A stretch of 64,000 nt of DNA, taken from Macrostomum lignano (Eukaryota). The stretch lies in NCBI GenBank assembly GCA_002269645.1, contig NIVC01001965.1, forward strand, positions 218,254-282,253. The letters are read 5' to 3'. Below, piece by piece: positions 1 through 11,533 of the stretch. Each line of letters starts with the position of its first letter. The stretch's first letter is position 1. The notes below the pieces were generated by a model, which did not search any database, was not told where the DNA came from, and saw nothing but the letters and a program-made list of their open reading frames with translations. A program made the position numbers and the translations under genes.

Positions 1-1815
1 ATAATATATGTCAGGCATGAATCTTAAGGTATATAAAAGAGCAGGGGTCAAATAAAACTTAGTAAAGAAGTATAGTTAGGATCAGCAATGAAAATACCAT
101 GGAGTTAATTAAATTGTTGGCAGAACTTGTATAATACTATTATTTTGCACAGACTGATTTGTATCTTTGTTAGGCCTCCTAAAGCCAAGTATAATTTCTA
201 GCACCTTAAGGACATTTTGTATAGTGTAGAAGGTAGTAAAGCTTAGATTTTGTCTTAGGTACCTGATCTAACAATCAATAAATAAGCTTGTACAAAAAGG
301 CAAATGGCTTCTTTGGTGATGTGACATGGAAAAAAAAAGGAAGTGAAAAGAAAATGTTTAAAATTTCTTTAACTTCACTAAGAATTAACATTTTTCTTTT
401 AGAATAAACCTAAAGACAATGTAGACAAAAGTATGAGGGTCACCTTTTAGAAAATCATGGAAAAAGTCTAGAGGAAAAAAGAAAGGCATTGTGACATTTC
501 CTAGCTCAAGAAATGGACAATTGTCCTTCATACTAGCACTTTTATCAATATGCCAAATATCTCCTTTTTGTAATAATTATTACAATAATGATGCATAATT
601 ACTATGCATCATTATTAGTATAATGCATGCATAGCTTGAAGAAAATTTGCTACCAATTTCAAACAGGGTATTAATAGACAGTTTGTCACCTATATAAAAA
701 CAAGCAATAACAAGAATCCTGTCCCTGTACTGTAAGATCCATTTTTATTAAAACTTCCAACACTATTTTCATATAGATAATTTAACTCTTGCATTAGGGA
801 AGCATATGATTCATCTAATTTAATGCCAGTTGGATTGTTGTGAGTAACTTTATAAATTTGCTGTTACTATAAGCTTGTAATTTATTAAATACTATACTAT
901 GTGAGTTGCAATAAAATATGAGGCTATAATGTTTAATTACTATATACAGATACCAATTGCTAATTGCTCATTTGTTTGTCTTTAAAGTCTTTATTCTCTT
1001 CAGAGAATTGGATAAAATCAAAATTTTAATTTTTTTTTTTGGCCACCAGCTGGCTATGTCCACTTTTGTCTACCATGGGGCCACTTTTGAATTACAGTGT
1101 ACCTAGCAATTGCAAAAAAATTGATAAATGAATTTTGTGAAATCCAATAGTGCACTGCACATGTTTTATTATGAAGCACTGACCTATTGTTCCATTAGTT
1201 ATAAAAGTTACTTTTTAGAATAATAAATGGATTTTAGTTATATTTGCAATATTTTTAGTTTACTTCTAATTACTCACTTAGTTTTTTCTACAGATTTTCT
1301 ACTAGGTTTTTTCACACTTGTGTGTTCCTCCATTGACAAGACAAATGTTACATATTGTCAACTTACCTTTCTTTAAAAGCTATTATTCCTAATTTAGATT
1401 ATTTGCACACTAAAATTACAAAAATAGTTATACTACTAATAGTAGTACTATGGACATACTTGATATATTTGCTGCAAAAGACAGAAAAGATAGCAAAAAT
1501 ATAATTTACAAAAATTATAGAGTAACAGAACAATGTTTTGTAAAATTACATTTTTTCATATTTAACCAGAATTTGCCTATAAAAATTACTTTTTTTTATT
1601 TGCCAAACACTGCTTTTCACCCTCTAAGTTTAGAGGTTAGAATGTAAAACTAGAAAAACTATCATAATTTGCTTTTAGTAGCAATGCTTAGAAGTTGTGA
1701 AATTTCAGTTTAAAACCCTTGGTGCTGACTAAATGTTTGAAAAGATCATTTTTAGGATCAGGTTAGATAAGATTCCTACTTTTGGGATTTGGGATTATTG
1801 GGAGCATGCTTGGGA

Positions 1816-1969
1816 GCAACCTAGGGATTCACCCGGCCGTTTCTATTGGCAACACAGACATGTAAGTCGCTATTGGACAGAATAGTAGTCACGTGACTGC
1901 TCTCAACCAATAGCGACTTACATGTGTGTGTGTTGCCAATAGAAACGGCCGGGTGAATCCCTAGGTTGC
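1816..1969. repeat. 154-bp near-perfect palindrome (fold-back element)
   Basis: 1816-1856 (gcaacctagggattcacccggccgtttctattggcaacaca) is the exact reverse complement of 1929-1969. An inner pair catgtaagtcgctattgg/ccaatagcgacttacatg follows, and the centre is AGTCACGTGACT (1887-1898). Confidence 0.95.
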
Positions 1970-2733
1970 GCATGTATGATTGGGAGTTCGATGAAGATCC
2001 CTATCTGATGGATAAGATACAATGTATATAGAGTTGAGAGTAGCAGGTAGGATGGGATCCTGACTGACCTCTATATATTCCCATACATTAGATAGGGATC
2101 CTGACTACTCTCCCATAATCCCCCAGCAAAAATTGAATTCCTTATCCTGCCCAATTAAATAATATTAATCTCAATCTGCCTTCTAATTTAATCTAACCAA
2201 ATATATTAGATTTTGGGCGCATTTAGTAAATTAAAGAGAGACTTTAAGAGACATTGTCACACAACCAGCAAGAGGCATTACTGCCCATTCCGCCGACTCC
2301 CCTGAGCAGGCGCACAAGCACGCGGATACAGAAGTGTACCGCGGCCCAAAATTTATTTATCGTTGTTAGGCATGGCACTTCACTGTGCCTTGGGGGTTGG
2401 CCCTCAAGGGCGTTAATTGCACGAGCAGAGCCAAGCCGAGCTTCCAATTTAGCCGCAAATTAATGAAACTGCACTTGGAATCGAGCCTGGGCCACTGGCA
2501 CATCAGAGCGCCGCGAAAAACCACTGTGCTACGCCCCCCCCCACGCAATGCTTTGGTTATTAAGGTTGCTTTGTTCAATTTTCATTAGTTGACACTTTGA
2601 CGTTTGAATTGGGTCCAATACTATGATTTTAATAGATTTTTAAATGCGTTTTTTCAGGGACTACCAGCCAGCCAAAATGCGTTCGCCACTTTGATTTAAA
2701 TAACAGCGCTTCGCCTTTTTTACACCTGTCGGG

Positions 2734-4833
2734 ATGTCTCGCTGGCAGGTTCGCCGCAGCATGGCCGGCGGCTATCGTCGACAGTCGCCACCAGCGTCTA
2801 GTTCTGGCGGCGTCCGTCACAACGGTTTCCATGGAGGGCGGGGACCCGACCAGCAGGCCCGGCATTATCAGCGTCGCTATGACTACAAAGAATCATATTA
2901 TAATGAAGGCGACACGGACGGCTATAGGCAGAATGGTGGCCGGGTTGTCAGCCACGTGCCCTGGCGCGACTACGCCTATTCGAATCTGTACGATTCGTTC
3001 GATTCCGCCTACTCGTCTACTGGCCGAGACGCTGGCTATCCGGCGTCCGAAGCATCCACATCAGGGCCAGCCGGAGTTGTTAATAACAATCATCGAAATT
3101 CGAATCGATCGAATTATAGTACTAACTATTGGCGAGGAGGAGGCGTCGGTGGCGATTGGGCCGAGCCGCGTCGACAGGACCACCGCTGGGACTCCGGCGG
3201 CAGTAGCCGGTACGCCACCTATGCGGCGGCGGCGGCGACGTCGTCATCTCGTTACGCGCCGTCGTCTTTGTCGACGTCGGCTTCTCACTGCGCCAGCGGA
3301 GGCGGCCGGGCGCGCATGGGGGTGTCGGCGGCGTCTGGCGGCGTCGGCGGCGGATGCCTCTTAGAAACGCCGAAGTGCAACGTCAGTAGCGCCGTCAGAC
3401 GGCGCCCAGTGGCTCGACCGAAACGATTGCAGGCGCCTCCGCTGCCATCGCCCATCGGGTCGGACGTGACCACCCCGACCGGGCAGTACGCCTGCCGGCT
3501 GTGCAAGTTCGGCACAGACGATGTCTACTCTTTGTACGTCCACGCCAACACTGGCGACCACATTGGCCGGGCTGTTCAAGATCCCGCCCAGTCGCTCTGC
3601 TGCCGACCGTGCAATCTGTTTGCCAGCGACATCAACGACATGCTTTTTCATCACAAGCTTCACGAAAACAGGCCGGATGCTGCCTCCTCCGATGCATCTG
3701 AAGCTTCGTCTGCCATTGCACCATTGGATGAACATCAGCCTTCTACTGCTACTGCTGCAGCTCCTGCCGCTCGGCCGCCTTCGCCCGCGTGTCCTCCGGC
3801 AGCGTCAGCCTCGCCACCTCCTCCTCCTCCTCCGCCACCGCCGCCTCAGCGTCCCGTGAAGCTGAAAATCCGCTGCCTACCCTGCCGGGAAGCTTTCACT
3901 CGCCAACCGGAAGCGCTGGCTCATTTTCGCCATCAAGCCTGCCAGCGGCAGTGCGAGCAGTGGTGGCGCAGCCAGACCGCGTCAGGCGGCCAGCCACAGT
4001 CATTCTTTGTTGTCCAATGCCGCGGCTGCTCAGAGAAGCCGACTTACCCGGCTTTCGGCGCCGAACTGGAGCAGCACATCGCTACGAAGCATCCAGCCCA
4101 GCAGCCGGTGACTCCCTGCTCCGAGCTGCTCGAACATCTGGCCGAAGTGAAATCGGCGCTAATTCGCGACCACCAGTCAGCTTCGACCACAGCAGCGCCG
4201 GAGAAGCCGCGCCAGATGGCTAGAAAGTCGGTGCTGCGCGGTGGCAAGCGGCCCCGCTTCACTGCAGGCCCCGCGGCGGCAAAGGCCGCTGCAAAATCCG
4301 GCGCGGCGAAAGCAACACCTGCTAATTGCAAGCTGGCTAAGCGAGCCCGCATGGCCGTCCAGACCGATGACGCGCCAATTGTCGGCTCCTCCTGTCTGAT
4401 GGCGCCTGGCTATCGGCCTCTGCTTTTTACAGCCGCTGGCGCTGGCGCTGGCGCTGTCGCTCGAGACGCCGCGATCGCCTGCGCTCAGCTGGACGCGCCC
4501 GGCCGGTTGGCTCTGGTTGGGCCGGCTGGCAACGGCCATTCTGGCCTGGCCTGCTTAGCCTGCGGCAAGCTCTGTCCCGACCCCGCCCAGTTCTGGGCGC
4601 ACGCGTCCGACTGTCAGAAGAAACTCCTTAGCGGCGCGGTTGCCTCCGCTGGCGCCGCCAAACAGTCCGGCGTATGTCCGCTTTGCAGCCTTGAGGTGGC
4701 CGATCTCAACGCTCACACGGTTCGGCACAGGCGCCGGATGCTGCCGGCCAGCTGGCACCCGGGGCCTGAGCCCCAGCCCGTGGCAGACCGTCAGGTTCCC
4801 CCCGCTTCTCCTGCCACTGATTTAGCTGTGTAA
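2734..4833 (+). CDS. Intronless C2H2/C2HC multi-zinc-finger protein (699 aa) with RG/Y/S-rich N-terminal low-complexity region
   Basis: Long GC-rich ORF with about six CxxC..H..H/C motifs: CRLC-x12-H-x5-H, CRPC-x12-H-x3-H, CLPC-x12-H, CRGC..H-x4-H, CLAC-x12-H-x3-C and CPLC-x9-H-x3-H. It also has a poly-Pro linker. Confidence 0.8.
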   Translation: MSRWQVRRSMAGGYRRQSPPASSSGGVRHNGFHGGRGPDQQARHYQRRYDYKESYYNEGDTDGYRQNGGRVVSHVPWRDYAYSNLYDSFDSAYSSTGRDAGYPASEASTSGPAGVVNNNHRNSNRSNYSTNYWRGGGVGGDWAEPRRQDHRWDSGGSSRYATYAAAAATSSSRYAPSSLSTSASHCASGGGRARMGVSAASGGVGGGCLLETPKCNVSSAVRRRPVARPKRLQAPPLPSPIGSDVTTPTGQYACRLCKFGTDDVYSLYVHANTGDHIGRAVQDPAQSLCCRPCNLFASDINDMLFHHKLHENRPDAASSDASEASSAIAPLDEHQPSTATAAAPAARPPSPACPPAASASPPPPPPPPPPPQRPVKLKIRCLPCREAFTRQPEALAHFRHQACQRQCEQWWRSQTASGGQPQSFFVVQCRGCSEKPTYPAFGAELEQHIATKHPAQQPVTPCSELLEHLAEVKSALIRDHQSASTTAAPEKPRQMARKSVLRGGKRPRFTAGPAAAKAAAKSGAAKATPANCKLAKRARMAVQTDDAPIVGSSCLMAPGYRPLLFTAAGAGAGAVARDAAIACAQLDAPGRLALVGPAGNGHSGLACLACGKLCPDPAQFWAHASDCQKKLLSGAVASAGAAKQSGVCPLCSLEVADLNAHTVRHRRRMLPASWHPGPEPQPVADRQVPPASPATDLAV

Positions 4834-4959
4834 CTTTTATTCAATGACAATCCTGTATTGTCTTAGTTGTTCCTGTTCTGTCTCTGGAATTCGAAGTTGT
4901 TGTTTTTTAGCATTTGGTGCTCAAACAGAATCGTCTTCTATTCCGCCTCACTGGGCGAT

Positions 4960-5320
4960 TCCAACTCTCTTTCTCACTCAGTCGCTTCTCTCATAATCTC
5001 TCCATATCGCATCTCTCTCTCCCTCTCTACTCTTTTGTCTTCTTCTCGCTCATTCTCATTACTCTAACTTTCTTTTCTCCCGGACTCATCTTGCTCTCTC
5101 ACCTCCCTCTCTCATCTCCCTCTCATCTCTCATCTCTCTCTGTCTCTCTCATTTCTCTTATCTCTCATCTCTCTTTCATTTCTCTCACCTTTCTCTCATC
5201 TCCCTTTCAACTGCCTCTCATCTCTCTTACCCCTCATCTCCCTCTTATCTCTCATGTCTCTCGTATCTCCCTCTCTTATCTCTCATTTCCCTCTCATGTC
5301 CCCTCTGTCTACGTTTACTA
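4960..5320. repeat. CT-rich low-complexity tract
   Basis: Degenerate (ctct/ctcat)n; the overlapping ORFs are compositional artefacts. Confidence 0.85.
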
Positions 5321-5764
5321 CAATTCTCGCAAATAGCTACTCATGCATCAGGGATCGAAGCGACTATAAAAGTAGGCAAAATCGAATGTGTAATAAATGA
5401 ACTCTGTCGTGAGTAGATCATGCTATAGAGTGCAAATACAGTAATAGCCTAACAAAATCCTTTCTCTAGAGAGTTACCATCTTTCTGGTTTTGTCTTGCG
5501 TTGCTTCTGTTAGAATCTTACTCTGCGTTTCTGTTGCTTTTACTAATTAAAGTTGACTTTTTGAGTATGTACTTAAAACTACAGATAGTTTATAAACTGT
5601 CCAATATTTACAGGTCTTAATTTGGCCTGGCTCATTCTGCTTTGTTAGTTAAAGCGTTAGTTATGTTCCGTGCCAATTAGTAATAAAAATTCTGCTCCGT
5701 CACTGTTCCGTGACAGTTGCTTTGCTTGTTGTTGCTTCACTTAATTCAATCGATTAGGGTCTAC

Positions 5765-6216
5765 CAAAGATACTAGAATAACTAGATGGGTCACTCAGGC
5801 ATAAATACTTAGTAAATCAGCTTTCTACTTTCAGTTCAGTAGCAAAGAAGAATACATAAGCCATTTTATAAACATAACCGCAGCTGAAATGACTTTAATA
5901 AGTTTAGAAGCCCAAGCTTGCAGGTGTAAACAGCTTCCTAATTGGTTCAGCAATAATGTACATTAGCCAGTCCACTGAAATGTACATGGCAGCTTTAGGC
6001 TGGAATTCCGAGAAAGGCAATAAAAATTGGGGCGGGACTAGGTAGGTAGTGTGGAAAGGCGCGGTTGGAGGGTTTAAGCTGGGGGGTACGAGCCAATTAA
6101 AATGAGCCTTGAATTTAAAAATACATTAAAATGCTTCAGTTTAACTTGCTACTGACCAGAAAGTAGTTTACTCGCAAATGTGCGGAGTGGCCCATCTAGT
6201 TCTTCTAGTATCTGTG
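5765..6216 (+). mobile_element. Non-autonomous DNA transposon (MITE), P-superfamily-like, copy 1
   Basis: About 30-bp TIRs (CAAAGATACTAGAATAACTAGATGGGTCACTC / GAGTGGCCCATCTAGTTCTTCTAGTATCTGTG) and a perfect 8-bp TSD GGGTCTAC on both sides. The termini fit the CANRG motif. Homologous copies lie at 16492 and 24220. Confidence 0.85.
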
Positions 6217-7230
6217 GGGTCTACAAATAGATAAGTGCTCAGTACAGAGTAATCCACATGAAGTAATTAACGCTATTAACTACGTGTTTATTGTTTATTG
6301 TACAGCTTCTGTACAGTAACAGGTAGGCAGCTGCTTTACCAGTGCGTGTTTTTACCAGCCTTTTTTAACTTCGTTCATTCTTTGTTTTTTTTTCTCTCTC
6401 GGGAGTTTCGTGTTCTACTTGTTTTGTACCTTTGCCTTGTGTCTTCTCGAATACAATAATTTATAACAAAGTTCCAGCATTCTCAGAGTTGCACCTACAA
6501 TAAAAGCATTAAGCGCATCATAGTAGTTCAATAGTTCATTATTATAAATATGAATTGCTATTAAAAATTCTGCCAAATTAAAATTATAAAATTTGTAGTT
6601 CAAGCGCATTAGCGTTGAAATCAGTGTGTTGTAATGCGTTCTACTCTTAATAGAGTAGCGTGTGTTTTAGCTTTTACCACGTGTTATAATATCCATTTTG
6701 GCTGTCTACTAGGAAATATAAGAAGTCAAATAATACTTATTGCGTGGCATATAATTTGTTAATTGCCGTGAAGATAGCCCATTTTTTACTTTAAAATGAA
6801 CGCAGAAAATATTTCATGCTTTTTTGCTTCTGTTATTCTGCAAACTTTCATGCATGTGTGGAATTTCGGGGTTGAAGGTGACACAAGCAGATCTCTGCAA
6901 ATTGCTAAAATCGGTGTCCCTTTTTTAAGTGAAGGCCCGGATCAGCATTTTTGGCCCGATATAGCCCCTTTTACGGAAAATGTGATCCTGCAAAAGTTCG
7001 GGGAAAAGCAAGCTGTTCCGGCTGGATTTTCCAAAAAATTTCACCTGGAACAACTGCTGAATTCTGATTGTAGACCCAAATTTCAGTAGGTTTTCCGGAT
7101 GAAAATGTTCTGGGTGAGATTTTGGGAGTTCAGTCGGAATTCCTCAGTGATCTGGACCAAGTGATACGGAAAATCTACACTGATCAGCTCCCATTGACCA
7201 GAATCTCGATGAATCTCGACAAGACTGGTT

Positions 7231-8381
7231 TTCGCGTCTGTTGTGGCTCAAGGCAGCTGCTATGCTGACCTGCGATGGATAATCAATCCTCGCTTCTGTT
7301 GTGGCTCAAGGCAGCTGCTATGCTGACCTGCGATGGATAATCAATCCTCGCTTCTGTTGTGGCTCAAGGCAGCTGCTATGCTGACCTGCGATGGATAATC
7401 AATGCTCGCTTCTGTTGTGGCTCAAGGCAGCTGCTATGCTGACCTTCGATGGATAATCAATCCTCGCTTCTGTTGTGGCTCAAGGCAGCTGCTATGCTGA
7501 CCTGCGATGGATAATCAATGCTCGCTTCTGTTGTGGCTCAAGGCAGCTGCTATGCTGACCTGCGATGGATAATCAATCCTCGCTTCTGTTGTGGCTCAAG
7601 GCAGCTGCTATGCTGACCTGCGATGGATAATCAATCCTCGCTTCTGTTGTGGCTCAAGGCAGCTGCTATGCTGACCTGCGATGGATAATCAATCCTCGCT
7701 TCTGTTGTGGCTCAAGGCAGCTGCTATGCTGACCTGCGATGGATAATCAATGCTCGCTTCTGTTGTGGCTCAAGGCAGCTGCTATGCTGACCTGCGATGG
7801 ATAATCAATCCTCGCTTCTGTTGTGGCTCAAGGCAGCTGCTATGCTGACCTGCGATGGATAATCAATGCTCGCTTCTGTTGTGGCTCAAGGCAGCTGCTA
7901 TGCTGACCTGCGATGGATAATCAATGCTCGCTTCTGTTGTGGCTCAAGGCAGCTGCTATGCTGACCTGCGATGGATAAACAATCCTCGCTTTTGTTGTGG
8001 CTCAAAGCAGTTGCTATGCTGACCTGCGATGGATAATCAATCCTCGCTTCTGTTGTGGCTCAAGGCAGCTGCTATGCTGACCTGCGATGGATAATCAATC
8101 CTCGCTTCTGTTGTGGCTCAAGGCAGCTGCTATGCTGACCTGCGATGGATAATCGATCCTCGCTTCTGTTGTGGCTCAAGGCAGCTGCTATGCTGACCTG
8201 CGATGGATAATCAATGCTCGCTTCTGTTGTGGCTCAAGGCAGCTGCTATGCTGACCTGCGATGGATAAACAATCCTCGCTTCTGTTGTGGCTCAAGGCAG
8301 TTGCTATGCTGACCTGCGATGGATAATCAATCCTCGCTTCTGTTGTGGCTCAAGGCAGTTGCTATGCTGACCTGCGAGGGT
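7231..8381. repeat. 58-bp tandem minisatellite, about 20 copies
   Basis: Unit ctgttgtggctcaaggcagctgctatgctgacctgcgatggataatcaatcctcgctt; period confirmed (7238 to 7296). There are no spacers. Confidence 0.97.
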
Positions 8382-8526
8382 TAAAGTGCCATATATCAGC
8401 AAACGCTAGCGCTCGTAATGTGAGGCCGCGCCCACCCTCCCTGCAGGTGATAGCTTTGTTGGCTCTCCGACAAACTATTGCATTCTTATTGTGCTAGAGA
8501 GGTTGATCTAGACTCCCAATGGAATA

Positions 8527-9144
8527 TATACTCAGCAAGTCAAAAGTTCCACCCTCCAAGCGAGTTGAAAATTTTCTCACTTATTGCGACAACTTCTCAC
8601 TCATCACAATTCAACCCTCAAGTTACGCAACTAAGCAGCCGCGAGGAAAGGAAAGTTGATCGAATCTAACGTCAGTCGCACAAAATCATAAGTTTATTTT
8701 TTATGCAATATAAGCAGTTAGAATTGCGATGCTGAATAACGCGTGTGGGATCCCCTCGCACGCAGAAGTGCGGCGACTCTGCCGGGCATCCCCAGGATGA
8801 GGCGGCGCAGAAAGTCCTGGAGAAGCTGCTGCCAAGCGTTTTCAATGGCATGACGCAGCTCCGCAACATTCTGTCTTTTCGAATGCTGCGTTTTAGAAAG
8901 TCCCACGAGACATGCTCGATGGGATTCATGTCTGGGGACCGGGAAGGCCAGCGCAGAGTGCTCAGCTGTAGCTGTTCTTTTAGTTGACTAACAGCATCGG
9001 CTCGGTGTGGTGGCGCGTTATTGTTATCCTGGTCAACTCAAGTAGCAATAGGACTCGCGCCTGTCGTAAGTTGCGTCACTCGAAAAGTGAGAAAATTCAT
9101 CTCGCTTAGAGGGTGGAACTTTTGACTGTTGCTGACTGAGTATA
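8527..9144 (-). mobile_element. Internally deleted Tc1/mariner (DD34E-type) element with transposase C-terminal remnant
   Basis: About 70-bp imperfect TIRs starting TATACTCAG(C)..AGTCAAAAGTTCCACCCTC. Minus-strand translation of 9034-8720 gives QDNNNAPPHRADAVSQLKEQLQLSTLRWPSRSPDMNPIEHV(S)WDFLKRSI, then a frameshift to NVAELRHAIENAWQQLLQDFLRRLILGMPGRVAALLRARGSHTRY, the typical Tc1 C-terminus. Confidence 0.9.
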
Positions 9145-10686
9145 TTCTGTCGCGGTTACTTAGTGTATCAGATTACCCTATTGTCTGGTGCAGCTGGGTG
9201 TCTAGATGGATATGGCATGGTTCCAAAAGCTCCTACTGGCCCAGTGTCTAAGGTAGCCTTTTGTTTTTTAAGACAGACGTTATTCTAGCTCTTGCTAGAG
9301 CATGCTCCATTGGGTTGTATAAAGCGTCTGCAGTGTTGGTGTATGGCCACCAGTGAGGGAACCCCGCTTCAACCGATGAATCAGAGTTGAGCAGTTGACT
9401 GAAAATGCTGACCTGCGAGGGGTAATCAATCCTCGCGTCTGTTGTGGCTCAAGGCAGCTGCTAAGTGTAGTCACTTTTATTTGACTACGCGGGTCAATCT
9501 TTAATCCGAGGGGTAATAAAGCCTCGAAATTGCAAGGTAAATTGATCTGCTTTTCGGAGGCACTGTAGCGTCCGTAATGTGAGGCTGTGCCCATCCTCCG
9601 TACAGGTGACAATTGAGAAATTGTTGCGCCCTGATTGTGTGTGAGAGGTTTGACTACCACTAGCATGTAGTCTTTCACAGCTGCTTAGTGTGTCAACGGG
9701 CTGAATATTCTATCGTCATATTTGACGCTTAGAAGCATGAGTCAGCCAACCATATTGTTTGGCACAGCTGGGTGTCTAGACGGAGACTGTGGCATAGTTC
9801 CAAATAGCTCTAACTGGCCCAGTATGCAAAGCAGCTTTCCTATTAAGATAGACGCTAATTTTTGTCGGTGCATGCTCCATTGGTTTGTCTAAGACATTTG
9901 CAGTTGCACCAGCGGTAAGCAGAACAAGTCAAGAGAGTAATCGTTACAGACTACGAGTGTCGGTAATCTTGTCGAGATTTAATAAATCCTCGAACAAGTC
10001 AAGAGAGTAGTCGTTACAGACTACGAGTGTCGGTAATCTTGTCAGCCACTTGTTTCCAGAGGGTGTCACTGCTTCGAATGAAACAGTTGATGACGCCGTT
10101 GGACGATCGTCCATCGCACTAGCGACATCTGCAACGCCAAGTCGGTTGGATATTACCGTTGGTACGCGAGATTGCGAAGACAATCATGTAAGAGTTTCCA
10201 GCGCAGTCGGCATTTCGTGGGGATGTTTCCCTGCAGGATTCGCATGAATTACCCGACTGTTACCTGGTCAGCGAATCCTGTTTGTCAGACAGGATAATAA
10301 ACAGGATAACACGATGTTTCCCTGCAGGATTCGCATGAATTACCGACTGTTACCTGGTCAGCGAATCCTGTTTGTCAGACAGGAAAACAAACAAGAGCGA
10401 AAGTTATCTTGTGATTTTATCTGGTTTATTTACCAGAGGGTAAGGTAGACAAAACTTTAATTTCTCTAATAGACTCGGTTTTCCTAGAAATCAGCTAGAG
10501 GCGCATGTTTGTCATTGCCAGTGCATTTAGTTTGCTCCAGAGAAAGCATAGCGTTGAATGTAGTTTTGCCATAGACAAATTTGATCGAGAAAAATCCAAT
10601 TTCTCTAGTAGAGCATGTGGGCTTTTTTTCAGTCAAGTTGATAATTGGGCCAAGGAATTCTAAATCTAGCGTTCCTTGGTTGAGCC

Positions 10687-11533
10687 CATGGATGAAGGAA
10701 TACACTGGATTGCTCGTCTGAAATAGTCTATGGTCGAGTTCTTTCCTCCAAACTTGGAATTTACCCTCCTAGGAATCTATTGGCTGATGAAAGTTAAAAA
10801 TAATCCCCCGTATGACTTGACTGGCTGCTTAATCAGTCAGGGGGAATTCGAAGATCGGGGTGTGAGTTTGACTTTGAGTGTTTTCATAGAATATTGTAGC
10901 AGTATGTCTCTGTCTTTGTGTTACCTGTTAACTCTATATTTACATCTTAATAGTAGGAACATTGGACTGGTGGCAGCGACCATAATTATTAGTTCATAAT
11001 TTAGGAATTTTATGCACCTAGAGCTAGCTATATTAATAATCGGCATCTTAATAATTATGTACTGCTCCGATAACGAACAGTGGTCGTTTAAAGTCGGTAA
11101 CATTCGTTATCACTTCAACCTTAGTGTTAAGGAGGAAGATCCTTGCCACAAGAGGATTATCCCAGACAGCAATAGGAGACGTAATTTCAACCCTCGCTAC
11201 TAAATCGAAAACAAAACCAGTTAAGGCTCAGACCGGTCGCCCATTCCAGTCTCATTGTGATTAATGATTAGGGCCGGTGAGACGTCCGCAGGCAACAGCT
11301 TGATGCTTTATTTAGGCTTTTCTACCTACAAGCATGTCTAGCTGCTGAAAATTTGAGGGAAATCCAAAGATGTATTTGATAGACTGATTAAGCAGCCAGT
11401 CAAGTCCTACGGGGGATTATTTTTAACTTTCATCAGCCAATAGATTCCTAGGGGGGTAAATTCCAAGTTCGGAGGAAAGAACTCGACCATAGACTATTTC
11501 AGATGAGCAATCCAGTGTATTCCTTCATCCATG
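10687..11533. mobile_element. Element bounded by about 165-bp long terminal inverted repeats (MITE/foldback-like)
   Basis: 10687-10850 (catggatgaaggaatacactggattgctc...gcttaatcagtc) is the near-exact reverse complement of 11385-11533. The interior is non-coding and no clear TSD is visible. Confidence 0.75.

Noticed and set aside
7231-8381. CRISPR-like appearance of the 58-bp and other regular arrays
   Set aside because: Units are head-to-tail with no unique spacers, there are no cas genes, and the context is eukaryotic.
9944-10183. 79-aa ORF as an additional hillarin or other exon
   Set aside because: It lies downstream of the hillarin stop, overlaps local duplications and has no recognisable motif.
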